A DNA stretch of 63,172 bases, the filler included. It is 5 parts of 5 records of this genome, joined end to end, with 100 filler letters (N's around TTAATTAATTAA, not from the genome) between each part and the next. Parts side by side here need not be neighbours in the genome. Positions count along the whole stretch, not along the records: positions 15,613 to 40,288 come from SRR31156797_23031; positions 40,389 to 50,096 come from SRR31156797_23045; 3 more parts are not named here. One strand, given 5' to 3'. A program made the position numbers and the translations under genes. The notes under the pieces were generated by a model that saw nothing but the letters and a program-made list of their open reading frames with translations, was not told the DNA's origin and did not search any database. Below are positions 38,689 through 48,921 of this stretch, piece after piece (position 1 is the stretch's first letter; every line of letters begins with the position of its first letter).

Positions 38689-40288
38689 ACCAACCCTTTA
38701 TGTAATGATCCTCACTCCTATATTTTTTGTAGGGATAGGAGTTATGATCACAGCAATGCTATATTCTCAAAAACTTTTTGAAAAAGAGTATTTAGGAGAT
38801 CACAAGTCACACATGCAATATGATGCAAATCTTATTTTCAATGCCATTAAAAGTAAATATAGACAACTTATCTTTACCATAGGAGATGATCCTAAAAAGT
38901 TTTATCAAGCACAAATAGCACTAAAAGCAGAAATAAAAAGAGACCTAGAAAAATATATAGCTAATATTGATTACTCTTTATACCTTTATAATACAAAGAC
39001 TCATCAGCAAATAAATCTAGATAAAGTTACTATAAGTGATACTCAGTTGAAAGATCTAAAGATAAATACCCCTGAAGTATTAAAACTAAATGGAGTGAAA
39101 CATATTGTTTATAAATTTGATTTTAAACCATTTTTTTGGGAAATAATTCTTACAAAAGATACAAGTATTATATATTCTATTGTCAAATCAAATAGTTATA
39201 TGTTAGGGATTACTTTTCTTGTTTTTATGACAATTTTTACGATTCTTCTTTGGATTATTTTGCAATATGGAATTAAAAAAGATATAGATAAGATAATAAA
39301 TTTTTTTAAAAAAGATGATACGTCATCAAAAATAGAGATAAATAGTGCTTCTTTGGAGATTGAACATATCCAAAAAGGGGTTAATAATGCTTATAACAAG
39401 ATCAATCAATATCATAATGAAATGGAGAGCTTAAATAGATCACTTGAGCATAAGATAGAAAAAAGAACTCAAGAGCTTGAGGCTCAAAAACAAAAAGCAG
39501 AAAATGCTGCCAAATCAAAAGCAGAATTTCTTGCTAATATGTCTCATGAGATTAGAACACCACTGAATGCTGTTGTTGGATTTATTGATATATTAAAAGA
39601 AGAAACAAAAGAAAATGATACAAAAAAATATATTGAGATCATCGATAATGCAAGTAAATCACTTCTTCAAATCATTGAAGATATCTTGGATTTTAGTAAG
39701 ATCGAAAATGGTAAATTAGAGATAGATAAAATTGATTTTGATACAAAATCTGAATTTAGTGTAATCACTCATCTTTTTGAGGCGAGATGTAAAGAAAAAA
39801 ACATCTCATTAGTACTCAATATTGATAAAAAGCTTCCTCCTATTTTAAATACTGATCCTTTAAGAATAAAACAAGTGATCTCAAACCTTATTAGTAATGC
39901 TGTAAAATTTACGTCTTCAGGAAAGAAAATATTTGTGGATATACACTATGATAATGAAAGATTAAAAGTTTTAGTAAAAGATCAAGGGATAGGGATAGCA
40001 CAAGAGAAGCTAGAACATATATTTGAAGCTTTTTCTCAAGAAGACAGCTCAACTACTAGAAAATATGGTGGAACAGGCTTGGGGCTTAGTATTAGTAAAG
40101 AGCTTATTAACCTTTTAGGTGGAGAGTTACAAGTAAAGAGTGAAGTTGGAGTAGGAAGTGAGTTCTATTTTACGATCCCTGTAAAAACAGGAGATAAACT
40201 GCAAGTAGAATCGGTACAGAACTTTGATAAAAACTTTTCAAATATTTCTGTTTTATTAGTTGAAGATAATAAAGCAAATCAAATGTTT
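38678..40288 (+). CDS. Hybrid sensor histidine kinase (3' truncated within the receiver domain)
   Basis: FLANMSHEIRTPLN, NLISNAVKFT, DQGIG, YGGTGLGLSI, receiver start VLLVEDN. Confidence 0.92.
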
Positions 40289-40388
40289 NNNNNNNNNNNN
40301 NNNNNNNNNNNNNNNNNNNNNNNNNNNNNNNNTTAATTAATTAANNNNNNNNNNNNNNNNNNNNNNNNNNNNNNNNNNNNNNNNNNNN
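40289..40388. other. Artificial contig linker
   Basis: 44 N + TTAATTAATTAA + 44 N. Confidence 0.98.
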
Positions 40389-40484
40389 ATTATATTAATT
40401 TTATCGCCATTCTCCTATCATTTGTTTCAACTTTACTTCATTTTAATTAATAGTTTAGCCTGTCAATTTGATCTCAAAAATGGA

Positions 40485-40509
40485 AAACGCCCCGTTATAC
40501 GAGGCGTTT
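40485..40509 (-). terminator. Intrinsic terminator downstream of the PPIase gene
   Basis: AAACGCCCCG-TTATA-CGAGGCGTTT stem-loop, 24 nt past the stop codon. Confidence 0.55.
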
Positions 40510-40533
40510 AATATCTAATATGTGAAAATGATT

Positions 40534-41559
40534 TTACTGTAGGGTGAATTCAAATCCATATTTTGCTACCAATTCGTCAAGCATTGGCGGGAAAGCGGCT
40601 TCTTTTTTCTGTTCTTCCAATGCCGTTGTAACTTCATCACGCACATCATCAAGGGTCTTGCCGTCTTTACGGTCTTCGATCTTTATGATATGATAACCGT
40701 AAGGTGTTTCAACTAGGTCCGTAATAGTGCCAACGGGCAGCGTAAAACTGGCGTCTTCAAAAGACTGCACCATTCTGCCGCGTGGGAAATCAGCGTAAAG
40801 TCCACCGGATTGTTTTGAACCGGGATCTTCACTGTAAGTTTCAACGAGAGAAACAAAGTCTTCGCCGTTCTGCGCGCGATCTTTGACAGATTCGGCCAGA
40901 GTTTTAATGCTGTCTACTTCCGCTTCGGGTTTACCTTGTGTCAGGAATAGAATGTGGCGGACTGTCGCAGTTTCCTGTGAGTAATGTTCTTTGTTGTTGT
41001 TGAAATATTCCACGATCTCTTCTTCACTTACACTGACGTTGACGTCCTTAAGGGCGATCTCATCAATGTATTTCATGATCATCATGTTCTTTTTCGTGTC
41101 TTCGCGAACAAAATCCAGATCGATCTGTTGAAGTTTCAATTGTTCAAGAAAAGCTTCTTTGCCACCATTGGGTGCATAAAGATTCTTTTCAATAAATGCA
41201 TCAACTGAATCCTTTGAAACCGTTAAGCCTTCTTTTTTAGCTTCTGCGATCAAAATATCCTGCTGTGCTTTTAATGTTACGATCTGCATAACAAAAGATT
41301 CGATCCTTGCGGGATCAACATTGGAAATTATAGAAATGTCGCCGCGCATACCCTGGTATACGGATTCCATTATATCATAATTCTTGATCTCGAACTCTGA
41401 GGTTTTTGCCAATACAGCTGATGTATCGGGATGCATGTAAGGTATTTTTTCGCCCATGGCTTCAAAGAATTCCACCTGAGCGGGGCTTAGATCGGCTTTG
41501 TCCGAACACCCGACGAACATCATTGTTGCTAATGCCATAATGAGTAAGGTCCTTTTCAT
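40534..41559 (-). CDS. PrsA/SurA-like parvulin peptidyl-prolyl isomerase, lipoprotein
   Basis: Lipobox FVGC; VRHILF, YSEDPGSKQSGG, MVQSFEDASF, ETPYGYHIIK. Confidence 0.9.
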   Translation of the reverse strand: MKRTLLIMALATMMFVGCSDKADLSPAQVEFFEAMGEKIPYMHPDTSAVLAKTSEFEIKNYDIMESVYQGMRGDISIISNVDPARIESFVMQIVTLKAQQDILIAEAKKEGLTVSKDSVDAFIEKNLYAPNGGKEAFLEQLKLQQIDLDFVREDTKKNMMIMKYIDEIALKDVNVSVSEEEIVEYFNNNKEHYSQETATVRHILFLTQGKPEAEVDSIKTLAESVKDRAQNGEDFVSLVETYSEDPGSKQSGGLYADFPRGRMVQSFEDASFTLPVGTITDLVETPYGYHIIKIEDRKDGKTLDDVRDEVTTALEEQKKEAAFPPMLDELVAKYGFEFTLQ

Positions 41560-41571
41560 TTATTGTCCTTT

Positions 41572-42993
41572 CTATTGATTTACGTATTCCAATTCCATGT
41601 GGTAGTCCCACGTGTTAAAATATAAATTTCCACCGCGCCATTCAACCTCTCCGCGTTGAAAATCATTTGTTTCCGAACGAAGAAATTGTTTTGCGGGGAA
41701 GAGAGGTTGAGCATAATCACTGTTGACGATCAAACGATATGCATCCATGCCACCAAGGTAGAATTCACGCGCATCGTTATCTTTTAATTCCTGGCGACCA
41801 AAGGATTGGTCCACGGGAACCCAGCCGGGGCCTTCAAAGTATACCCGACCCCAGTCATGTAGGTTTTTATTGCCGGGATGCAACATCCAGCCGCTTTCCC
41901 ATTGAGTGGGAATCCCATTGTAACGGCAAAGCACCATAAATAACAGGGTTACCTGCCCGCAATCACCATGGTTGTTGGCGATCACATAGTCGGGAATATT
42001 TTCGATCGTTGAATATTCGCGAGCTCCGGCCCAAGGATAATTTTCTGTGATATAGTTGAAAATCTTCCTTGCAATCTTATAGGGATCTATCTCGTCGCCA
42101 ACGATCTTTTTAGACAGCGCTTTTACAGATGGCGTAAACAGTAGGTGAGGGTCGCGCTCTGAAGTGTATTTTTTATACTCTTCGCTATCTTTATTGTATG
42201 GCTTGATCTCCATATTTTCAAGATCATACCATTGGGGCCGCGTGGTTGTAGAAAATTCAATTTCAAAACTGGTGGGCTTGCCCGCAATTGCGGGCTTTTG
42301 CATATATACTGTGCGATGAGGTTTGCAATTGGGAGTTAAAATGTAATCCTTTTGAGAGGTTGCCAGCAGCTTCACATCTTCCTGGCGAAGAGGGATCTCC
42401 TTTGGAAAAGGCAACCAGCAGCGAACCATTTCACCCGCCGGAACAGCGTCGGTATCAACGGTTAAAGTATATTTGAATTTCATTTTAATCGATTCACCCG
42501 TGATCTTGTTTTCTTTTTTCAAGTCCTCAATGACCTCGGGGATGTTTTGTTCCAGAAATTCAACCAAGCTGCCTTTCGTATCACCATCAACTTCAATTTT
42601 GCGGGCTTTTGCTGTTTTATCAATTCTAAAAACATTGGCGGCTGACCGGGAGAAGTAACGCTTTATATCATCAATGACCATGTTTTCTAAAACATTGCTG
42701 TCTTCCCAGGCCTGTAATTGCTCTTCGGTGATATCGGGATAATACTTTTTAATGTATGTTAATACATCATCGCGAGATTTGTTAAAATCAAGCTCAATGC
42801 GGTGCATAATATCTTTCTTTTCTTCTAACGCAATACGCTCAAGATCAGAGATATTATCCCTTGCAATGGTATTATTGATCTGTTTTTTTGCCATAGCATA
42901 CTGTCCCTTGTCGATCTTTTCATCTATGGAACTGCATCCGCTCAACACAAGAACGATTAGAGCGGCTATGATAGAGATCCGTGCGCTTTTCAT
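41572..42993 (-). CDS. Transglutaminase-like domain lipoprotein
   Basis: Lipobox LSGC; HGDCGQ (Cys), LHDWG (His), WVPVD (Asp). Confidence 0.85.
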   Translation of the reverse strand: MKSARISIIAALIVLVLSGCSSIDEKIDKGQYAMAKKQINNTIARDNISDLERIALEEKKDIMHRIELDFNKSRDDVLTYIKKYYPDITEEQLQAWEDSNVLENMVIDDIKRYFSRSAANVFRIDKTAKARKIEVDGDTKGSLVEFLEQNIPEVIEDLKKENKITGESIKMKFKYTLTVDTDAVPAGEMVRCWLPFPKEIPLRQEDVKLLATSQKDYILTPNCKPHRTVYMQKPAIAGKPTSFEIEFSTTTRPQWYDLENMEIKPYNKDSEEYKKYTSERDPHLLFTPSVKALSKKIVGDEIDPYKIARKIFNYITENYPWAGAREYSTIENIPDYVIANNHGDCGQVTLLFMVLCRYNGIPTQWESGWMLHPGNKNLHDWGRVYFEGPGWVPVDQSFGRQELKDNDAREFYLGGMDAYRLIVNSDYAQPLFPAKQFLRSETNDFQRGEVEWRGGNLYFNTWDYHMELEYVNQ

Positions 42994-43002
42994 CGCGGAC
43001 TC

Positions 43003-44130
43003 CTATTTTTTCTCGATCATTTCCAAATTTGCCCGGGGTAGAAGAACCTCTTTCTTGGTCTCGTATAGCTTTACTTTAGCAACACGGGCAAGAGAGCCGG
43101 ATTCAAGGCGCTGAAGCTCATGCGGCAGGTCTGTAACCTCGCCAAGCATGCCAAAATAAGGTGCACGAATAACGCGAACCTCGGTGCCTTTGTCCATACC
43201 AAAGAGTTCGGCTTTTTCTTCTTTCATTTTGGTTTCGCCTTCAAGCGGAATAATGATCTCCGGGCGAATAACACCGGCGCGGATCTGTGTTGCGCCATTA
43301 ACTGATGCCATTTTGCCTTCGTGCGAGCTCAAGAGCTTAAAGGTTAGGTCCGCCATATGGACTTCACCAAAACCTTCTGTAACGATCAAGGTGGTTGTGA
43401 TGTCTTCCTGGCCCGTAATAGCAACCCCGATGTCGTAGCCGACGATCTTTTTAATGTCGCTATAGTTGAATCCGCCAACAACAACACCGATCGCGCCAAG
43501 GCGTTCGGCTTTCTTGAAGGCTTTCAGGCTAAGGAAAGAACCACCAACAAGAACCTTACCCTTGCAGTCGTCGGTAATAAGGTCTTCTGTGATGGGTGTA
43601 TTCGTATCTTGTGTCAGGACCTTGATCTCGCCGCGACGTTCACCACCAATACCAAAAATTCCCTGAATAAAGGATGCTGCGGTTTTGATCTCTACGCCTT
43701 CGTCTTCAATGATATCATCAACTAATCCATTGATGTATGCCTGAACCGATACGGGAATGGGCGCTTCGCGAATAATGGCCTGACCGGTAACGCTTGAAAC
43801 AGATTCAAGTGTTCCTGTGGCCGGCGCCAGCGCTTTGGTTTTAAATAATCCGAAAATACCCGGCGTTTCTGCAATAAGTTCGTCTTTTTCTACAGTTTCG
43901 CCCGGTTGTTTTACAAGAAGTTCCGGGATCTCGCTGGCGTCAATATTTAACATGTTTGCCAGGTTGACGGGAACAACGTTTCCGGGAAGGTTTGTTGTTG
44001 CCACAACATCTTCCGCTTTAACCGTGTCGCCTTTTTTAACAACAACGTCGCCCTTCAAAGGAAGGCGGCGTGTCTTGTGCACGACGGTCTTTTTAATGAC
44101 TTTTAGTCCGGGTGTATATGCATGTGCCAT
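43003..44130 (-). CDS. Conserved uncharacterised protein (barrel-sandwich/lipoyl-like repeats + C-terminal KOW-like motif), partner of the GlmL-type ATPase
   Basis: MAHAYTPGLKV, GDVVVKKGDTVKAEDVVA, VKQPGETVEKDELIAE, IQGIFGIGGER, TEGFG, NGATQIRAGVIRPEII, GTEVRVIRAPYFG.LGEV. Confidence 0.75.
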   Translation of the reverse strand: MAHAYTPGLKVIKKTVVHKTRRLPLKGDVVVKKGDTVKAEDVVATTNLPGNVVPVNLANMLNIDASEIPELLVKQPGETVEKDELIAETPGIFGLFKTKALAPATGTLESVSSVTGQAIIREAPIPVSVQAYINGLVDDIIEDEGVEIKTAASFIQGIFGIGGERRGEIKVLTQDTNTPITEDLITDDCKGKVLVGGSFLSLKAFKKAERLGAIGVVVGGFNYSDIKKIVGYDIGVAITGQEDITTTLIVTEGFGEVHMADLTFKLLSSHEGKMASVNGATQIRAGVIRPEIIIPLEGETKMKEEKAELFGMDKGTEVRVIRAPYFGMLGEVTDLPHELQRLESGSLARVAKVKLYETKKEVLLPRANLEMIEKK

Positions 44131-44174
44131 TTTATCTCCTTTATGATAAATATTGAAGCGTTAACTTCAATGAT

Positions 44175-45989
44175 CTATTCTCCAAATTCCTGGGCTACCT
44201 TGCTCCATTCCTGAAGTTTTGCAACGCGTTGTGCAGGATCTTCGGGAAGAACAAAAGGACGGCGACCGCGAGCATCAATAATAATACCAACAAGCCCACC
44301 GTAAATATCTGTTTTAATAGCCTGTCCGGGACCACCGCCAACATCAACACCGCGTGCAGGAATGATCTCGGCTTCGACCGCTTCGTAGGGAGCTTCGAAC
44401 AACTCCATTTCACCAAGAGTATAAGCTTTGTCAATATTCTTGCCATCAGGAAGCGTAAACTTAATGCGTACGTATTCTTTACCCGGTTTGACCTGACCGA
44501 CAGGAGCAATACATGTACCAAGTCTTAAAAGACAGTCTTTGTTAAATACTTCGGTCGCGGCCTGTTCATGTACAGAGGCAAGAACACCCAATTGGGGCAT
44601 CATGAAAATTGAGTCGACTGCGATCTGCGTAATACCTTCGGGTAAGAAGGCGTCGATCATCATACGGGCTGATTGGTGACGACGAGGCGCGTGTGATAAA
44701 ACACCGCCGGAGCCGACAAGAATGTCAAGATCCATCATGTTAACTAAAGTCTCGCCCGAGGCGGACTGGTCAAATGCATCAGAAATGGTACGTTCTTTTT
44801 GAACACCCTTTAAGCCGACAGCAAATTCTTTGTGTTGAACGAAGGAAAGGCGAAGCGCTTCACGCGCGATCGCTTGTTCGATCTTTAATTCTTCAAGAGA
44901 TTGGGGAATGGTCGTTGGCCGGATCATTTTATTTCCGATACGATTTCTTAGATCAACCTCATCAATTTCAAATGGCACCCAGCGAAGGATGTTCGGCAGG
45001 GTGGCTGATGCCAGCACGTTTGAGATCGAATAAGACATTCCCAGGTTTGCGCTTACTGTACGGTTGAATACCGGGTCGCCTTTTTCCAGATCTTTAAAAA
45101 CGGAAAAAACATCTGTTGTTGCACCGCCGATATCAACACCAAGGACCGTGATCCCTTCTTTGCGGGCAATAACCTGCATGATCTCACCAACAGCACCGGG
45201 CGTCGGCATGATCGGAGCATCACTCATGTCCATTAATTTTTTATAACCCGGAGCTTGCGCCATGACGTGTTCCATGAAAAGATCATGGATCTTATCGCGT
45301 GCGGGGCCGAGATTTTCTCTTTCAAGAACCGGGCGAAGATTTGGAACAACACTTAGATCCGTCTCTTCTTTCAGGTTTTTTTCAATTTCATCGTTAGCTT
45401 TTTGGTTGCCGGCGTATATAACGGGAAGTTTATAATTAATACCAAGACGCGGCTTGGGATTTGCGGCTTTTAAAAGCTCTGACATTTCAACAACGCTTTT
45501 AATATTACCGTGGTCTGTTCCGCCGGAAAGAAGGATCATGTCCGGACGAAGATGTCGGATACGTTGGATCTTTTCGTGGGGCAAACGTCCGTCGTTGGAT
45601 GCCAATACATCCATCACGATTGCGCCCGCGCCCAATGCGGCACGTTCGGCTGATTCGGCACTCATTGCTTTCACAATACCGGATACGACCATTTGAAGTC
45701 CGCCGCCGGCCGAGCTGGTTGAAATATAAATATCCACACCCTTTTCACCTTTTTGCGGGGTGATGATCTTGTCGCCATCCAATAGTTGGCGGCCGCGAAG
45801 TTCTTCAACTTCCTTCGCTGCATTCAATACTCCCTTTGTAACATCTTCAAATGGAGCTTCAACGGTTGTCGGCGCTTCCCCTCTTACGACCAATCTGTAC
45901 TCGTTGCCCTGTTTCTCAATGAGAATGGCTTTGGTCGTGGTACTGCCGCAATCCGTTGCAAGAATGGATTTGATTGCTTCAGGTTTCAT
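44175..45989 (-). CDS. GlmL/MutL (glutamate mutase L)-family ASKHA ATPase
   Basis: ATDCGSTTTK, SSAGGGL, AALGAG, LLSGGTD.G, MPTPGAV, GVDIGGATTDVFS, RTVSANLGMSYS, VGSGGVL. Confidence 0.85.
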   Translation of the reverse strand: MKPEAIKSILATDCGSTTTKAILIEKQGNEYRLVVRGEAPTTVEAPFEDVTKGVLNAAKEVEELRGRQLLDGDKIITPQKGEKGVDIYISTSSAGGGLQMVVSGIVKAMSAESAERAALGAGAIVMDVLASNDGRLPHEKIQRIRHLRPDMILLSGGTDHGNIKSVVEMSELLKAANPKPRLGINYKLPVIYAGNQKANDEIEKNLKEETDLSVVPNLRPVLERENLGPARDKIHDLFMEHVMAQAPGYKKLMDMSDAPIMPTPGAVGEIMQVIARKEGITVLGVDIGGATTDVFSVFKDLEKGDPVFNRTVSANLGMSYSISNVLASATLPNILRWVPFEIDEVDLRNRIGNKMIRPTTIPQSLEELKIEQAIAREALRLSFVQHKEFAVGLKGVQKERTISDAFDQSASGETLVNMMDLDILVGSGGVLSHAPRRHQSARMMIDAFLPEGITQIAVDSIFMMPQLGVLASVHEQAATEVFNKDCLLRLGTCIAPVGQVKPGKEYVRIKFTLPDGKNIDKAYTLGEMELFEAPYEAVEAEIIPARGVDVGGGPGQAIKTDIYGGLVGIIIDARGRRPFVLPEDPAQRVAKLQEWSKVAQEFGE

Positions 45990-46095
45990 AAAGTCCTCTT
46001 TTTACTTTTATCCTGCGATAAATGTCTAATCTATTCAATTGTAGTAATCTCAAAGTCAAGTGTGTAATCTATCATTTTTTATGAAAAAAACCACA

Positions 46096-46941
46096 CTAAA
46101 CGAAAAATTTTATGTATACAAAAATCCAGTATAATGGCGCAACAACGGCAATAGAATCAAAGCGATCCAGAAAACCGCCGTGGGTCAATAGAATATTCGA
46201 TGAATCTTTAACGCCGATCTCCCGCTTGATCTTGGATTCCACCAGATCTCCAACTTGACCGAATATGCCAGCACATAAAGCTAGCGCAATATAATCGAAC
46301 ACTTGAAAGAACGGCACAAAGTCTACAAGCCAGCATATCAACATGCCGATCAAAGAAAAGATAAAACCGCCGACGGCCCCTTCAACGGTTTTTTTGGGGC
46401 TGACCGTGGGAAACAAGGGGTGTTTTCCAAGCAGTTTCCCGACATAGTATGCAAAAATATCGGTGGAATAAACCGCTATGATCATGGTTATCACGATATT
46501 TCTACCAATGTCCAGATCCGGATGAGACGGTACGCTGATATTCCGAAGAAGTACCATCGCCCCAAGCGATAAACCGGGATAGATCATTGAGCCCAAACCC
46601 ACAAACGACATTTTTATAAACTCCGGGCTTCTGTAAAACAGCAAGCTGATATTGGTGAATACGGCGGTAAAAAGAAGAATGGGAAGAACAAGGTCCAGGT
46701 GCCCCAGGTACATGACCAACAAACTCAAGGGCGTCATGATCAGGGTTAATACCATAAGGACGCGGGGAGGGTAGTGTACCATTTTCAATAATTCATATTG
46801 GGATAAAATTGCAATGATAGCAACAATGGCTAAAAACCATACGCCGCCAAACCATGCAGCGGCCAGGAATATTGGTCCCAGTGTAAATCCAATGATTAAT
46901 CGTTGTTTATGTGATCTTTCCATGCAGTCAAAAATATACAC
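46096..46941 (-). CDS. cdsA: Phosphatidate cytidylyltransferase
   Basis: DIFAYYVG, SPKKTVEG, GDLVESKIKR..GVKDSS..L..HGGFLDRFDS (true start may be the ATG at MERSHK). Confidence 0.93.
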   Translation of the reverse strand: MYIFDCMERSHKQRLIIGFTLGPIFLAAAWFGGVWFLAIVAIIAILSQYELLKMVHYPPRVLMVLTLIMTPLSLLVMYLGHLDLVLPILLFTAVFTNISLLFYRSPEFIKMSFVGLGSMIYPGLSLGAMVLLRNISVPSHPDLDIGRNIVITMIIAVYSTDIFAYYVGKLLGKHPLFPTVSPKKTVEGAVGGFIFSLIGMLICWLVDFVPFFQVFDYIALALCAGIFGQVGDLVESKIKREIGVKDSSNILLTHGGFLDRFDSIAVVAPLYWIFVYIKFFV

Positions 46942-47061
46942 AATAAGCCACGCTTATTAAATGTTTTTATCTTAAAAATTTACTGATTGGTCGCTTTGTG
47001 ATCTTTCAAACCAAATACTAATAACGTTGAATATCAATTGTTAAAATTATCCCACGGCAAA

Positions 47062-48156
47062 CTAACTGTCGATATTGATGATATTAACATGATCTATATC
47101 AATTCCATGTTTTCGTAGATCGCTCATGTCGGTTGTGCTTATTAAAACTTGTTTTGCGTTTTTGATCTGTTCGACAATGCGCTTGCTGTTGTTAAGATCA
47201 AGCTCTGCAAACAGGTCATCAAGCAAATAAACCGGCTCTTTGCCGTTGAGATTTTTTATAATCTGTCCTTCGGCCAGTTTTAACAGGGTCATCCAGATCT
47301 TATGTTCACCTTGAGATGCATAATGGATCAACGGTGTATTGTTTCTGTAAAAAATATATTTATCGTAATTGGGGCCCCACATTGTGCGCTTCAGTATGAT
47401 CTCTTTTTCAATATTGTTTTGTGATTGCTCGCTGTGTGTGATCCTGAAATCCGCTTCGTTGTCCGCAACCAGGGATGGTCTATATGTGATCGATCCATCA
47501 TTTTCATTCTCAAAGGTTGATCTGTAAAGATCCTTCAGGTGGCGGTTGAACGTAGCAATATAAGATCTGCGTGTATCAACTATGCGAAACATAATAGGGG
47601 AAAGTTGCTCATCGTAGATCTCCAATTGTTGGCTGTAGTTGTAATCTTTGATCTCGTTCAGTTGTTTCAGGTGGGCATTTCGATTTTTTAATAATTTCTT
47701 ATAGGTGATAAGGTCTTTCAAATACGGTTTTGATATTTGCGAAATAAAACGATCAAAATACACTCGCCTCTCAACACTTGGGCCGGCCGTTACCCGGTAA
47801 TCTTCGGGAGATTGAAAAACCAGGGGGAAAGACCCGATGATATCCGACAGGCGTTTCATGCTTTCGTCGTCAAAAATGAACTTTTTGCCTTTTTTCTTCC
47901 AATAATTTCCCTGTGTGATCTTATGGGGACTGTCTTCCCATTGTGCGCTGATCTGAAAATATTCATCATCGCGACGTATCATATCGGCATCTTGCAGGGC
48001 TTTGAATGATTTTGTAAACGAAATAAAATAAATGGCTTCAAGTAAGGATGTTTTACCAACCCCATTTTCACCAAGAATAACATTCACCCCGGGTTGAAAC
48101 CTAACCGATTTTTCCTTAAAGATGCGAAAATTTTTAACACTAAGCTGTTTGATCAT
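47062..48156 (-). CDS. recF: DNA replication/repair protein RecF
   Basis: GENGVGKTSLLEAI, RRVYFD, ASQGE, LLDDLFAELD; located near dnaN. Confidence 0.92.
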   Translation of the reverse strand: MIKQLSVKNFRIFKEKSVRFQPGVNVILGENGVGKTSLLEAIYFISFTKSFKALQDADMIRRDDEYFQISAQWEDSPHKITQGNYWKKKGKKFIFDDESMKRLSDIIGSFPLVFQSPEDYRVTAGPSVERRVYFDRFISQISKPYLKDLITYKKLLKNRNAHLKQLNEIKDYNYSQQLEIYDEQLSPIMFRIVDTRRSYIATFNRHLKDLYRSTFENENDGSITYRPSLVADNEADFRITHSEQSQNNIEKEIILKRTMWGPNYDKYIFYRNNTPLIHYASQGEHKIWMTLLKLAEGQIIKNLNGKEPVYLLDDLFAELDLNNSKRIVEQIKNAKQVLISTTDMSDLRKHGIDIDHVNIINIDS

Positions 48157-48194
48157 CTATGTAATATACATGTATTTTAATTGTATTCTAATTT

Positions 48195-48899
48195 TTACTT
48201 CATATCCAACGTAAACAGGTATTCATATCCAAGCACTACAACAACGGGCGCATAGGATATTGTATTATTGTGCGCATAAGATAGGCCCGCTTGTATATTA
48301 AGCTTATGTTGATCTCCCCCTAAGGAGATAAAAGCGAAAGGCTCAAAGAAAGAATCAACATATTGACCGCCCGTATTAACCCCATCTGTTGCTTCGTGGT
48401 AGACATTCACCAAAACTTCTTTTACTGCAATGCCGGCATTAAAGTACTTGCTACGGAAACCCACATCTGCTTGAAAATATAATTTTCCGAAATTCCTTTT
48501 TGTTAGTTCGTTTGTAGATAGATTCCTGGCTCCGGTGTACCCTAAACCACCGCCTGCATATATTTCAGCGACGAATTTATCCGCAAATGGGAAATAAAAT
48601 CCAGCCCCAAACTCACCATTTAAATTGCTATTCCGAAAGTAATCACTTGGAATATCCGGATCTATTTCTGTTTCTTTGACTTTTAATGATAAAAAATTCG
48701 ATCCCGCTTGTAATGCAAAATTATCAGTAAGGGCGTATGCTGCTGTTAAATACCCGGAATATCCCTTTAAGCCAGCTGATATTTTCACCTCATCTTTTGA
48801 TTGCAGTAATGGCGCATTTGCCACACTGGGATAATACATGAAATTTGAACAGGAAAAGAATAAGGCTACTATAACAAGTAATAGCAATGATTTTTTCAT
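48195..48899 (-). CDS. Putative outer-membrane beta-barrel lipoprotein
   Basis: Lipobox FFSC; alternating aromatic/glycine strands (EFGAGFYFP, EIYAGGGLG, YFQADVGFR). Confidence 0.65.
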   Translation of the reverse strand: MKKSLLLLVIVALFFSCSNFMYYPSVANAPLLQSKDEVKISAGLKGYSGYLTAAYALTDNFALQAGSNFLSLKVKETEIDPDIPSDYFRNSNLNGEFGAGFYFPFADKFVAEIYAGGGLGYTGARNLSTNELTKRNFGKLYFQADVGFRSKYFNAGIAVKEVLVNVYHEATDGVNTGGQYVDSFFEPFAFISLGGDQHKLNIQAGLSYAHNNTISYAPVVVVLGYEYLFTLDMK

Positions 48900-48921
48900 A
48901 TGTTTACCTTTTAATATTTGA

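Noticed and set aside
152-45989. Functional link between the two ASKHA/reactivase-like proteins (marker 14 and GlmL) or the two transglutaminase-like genes
   Set aside because: They lie on different contigs from different domains of life
46942-47061. oriC/DnaA boxes near recF-dnaN (TTATCCCAC at about 47048; AT-rich 50035-50096)
   Set aside because: No consensus TTATCCACA cluster is visible, and the contig ends before dnaA
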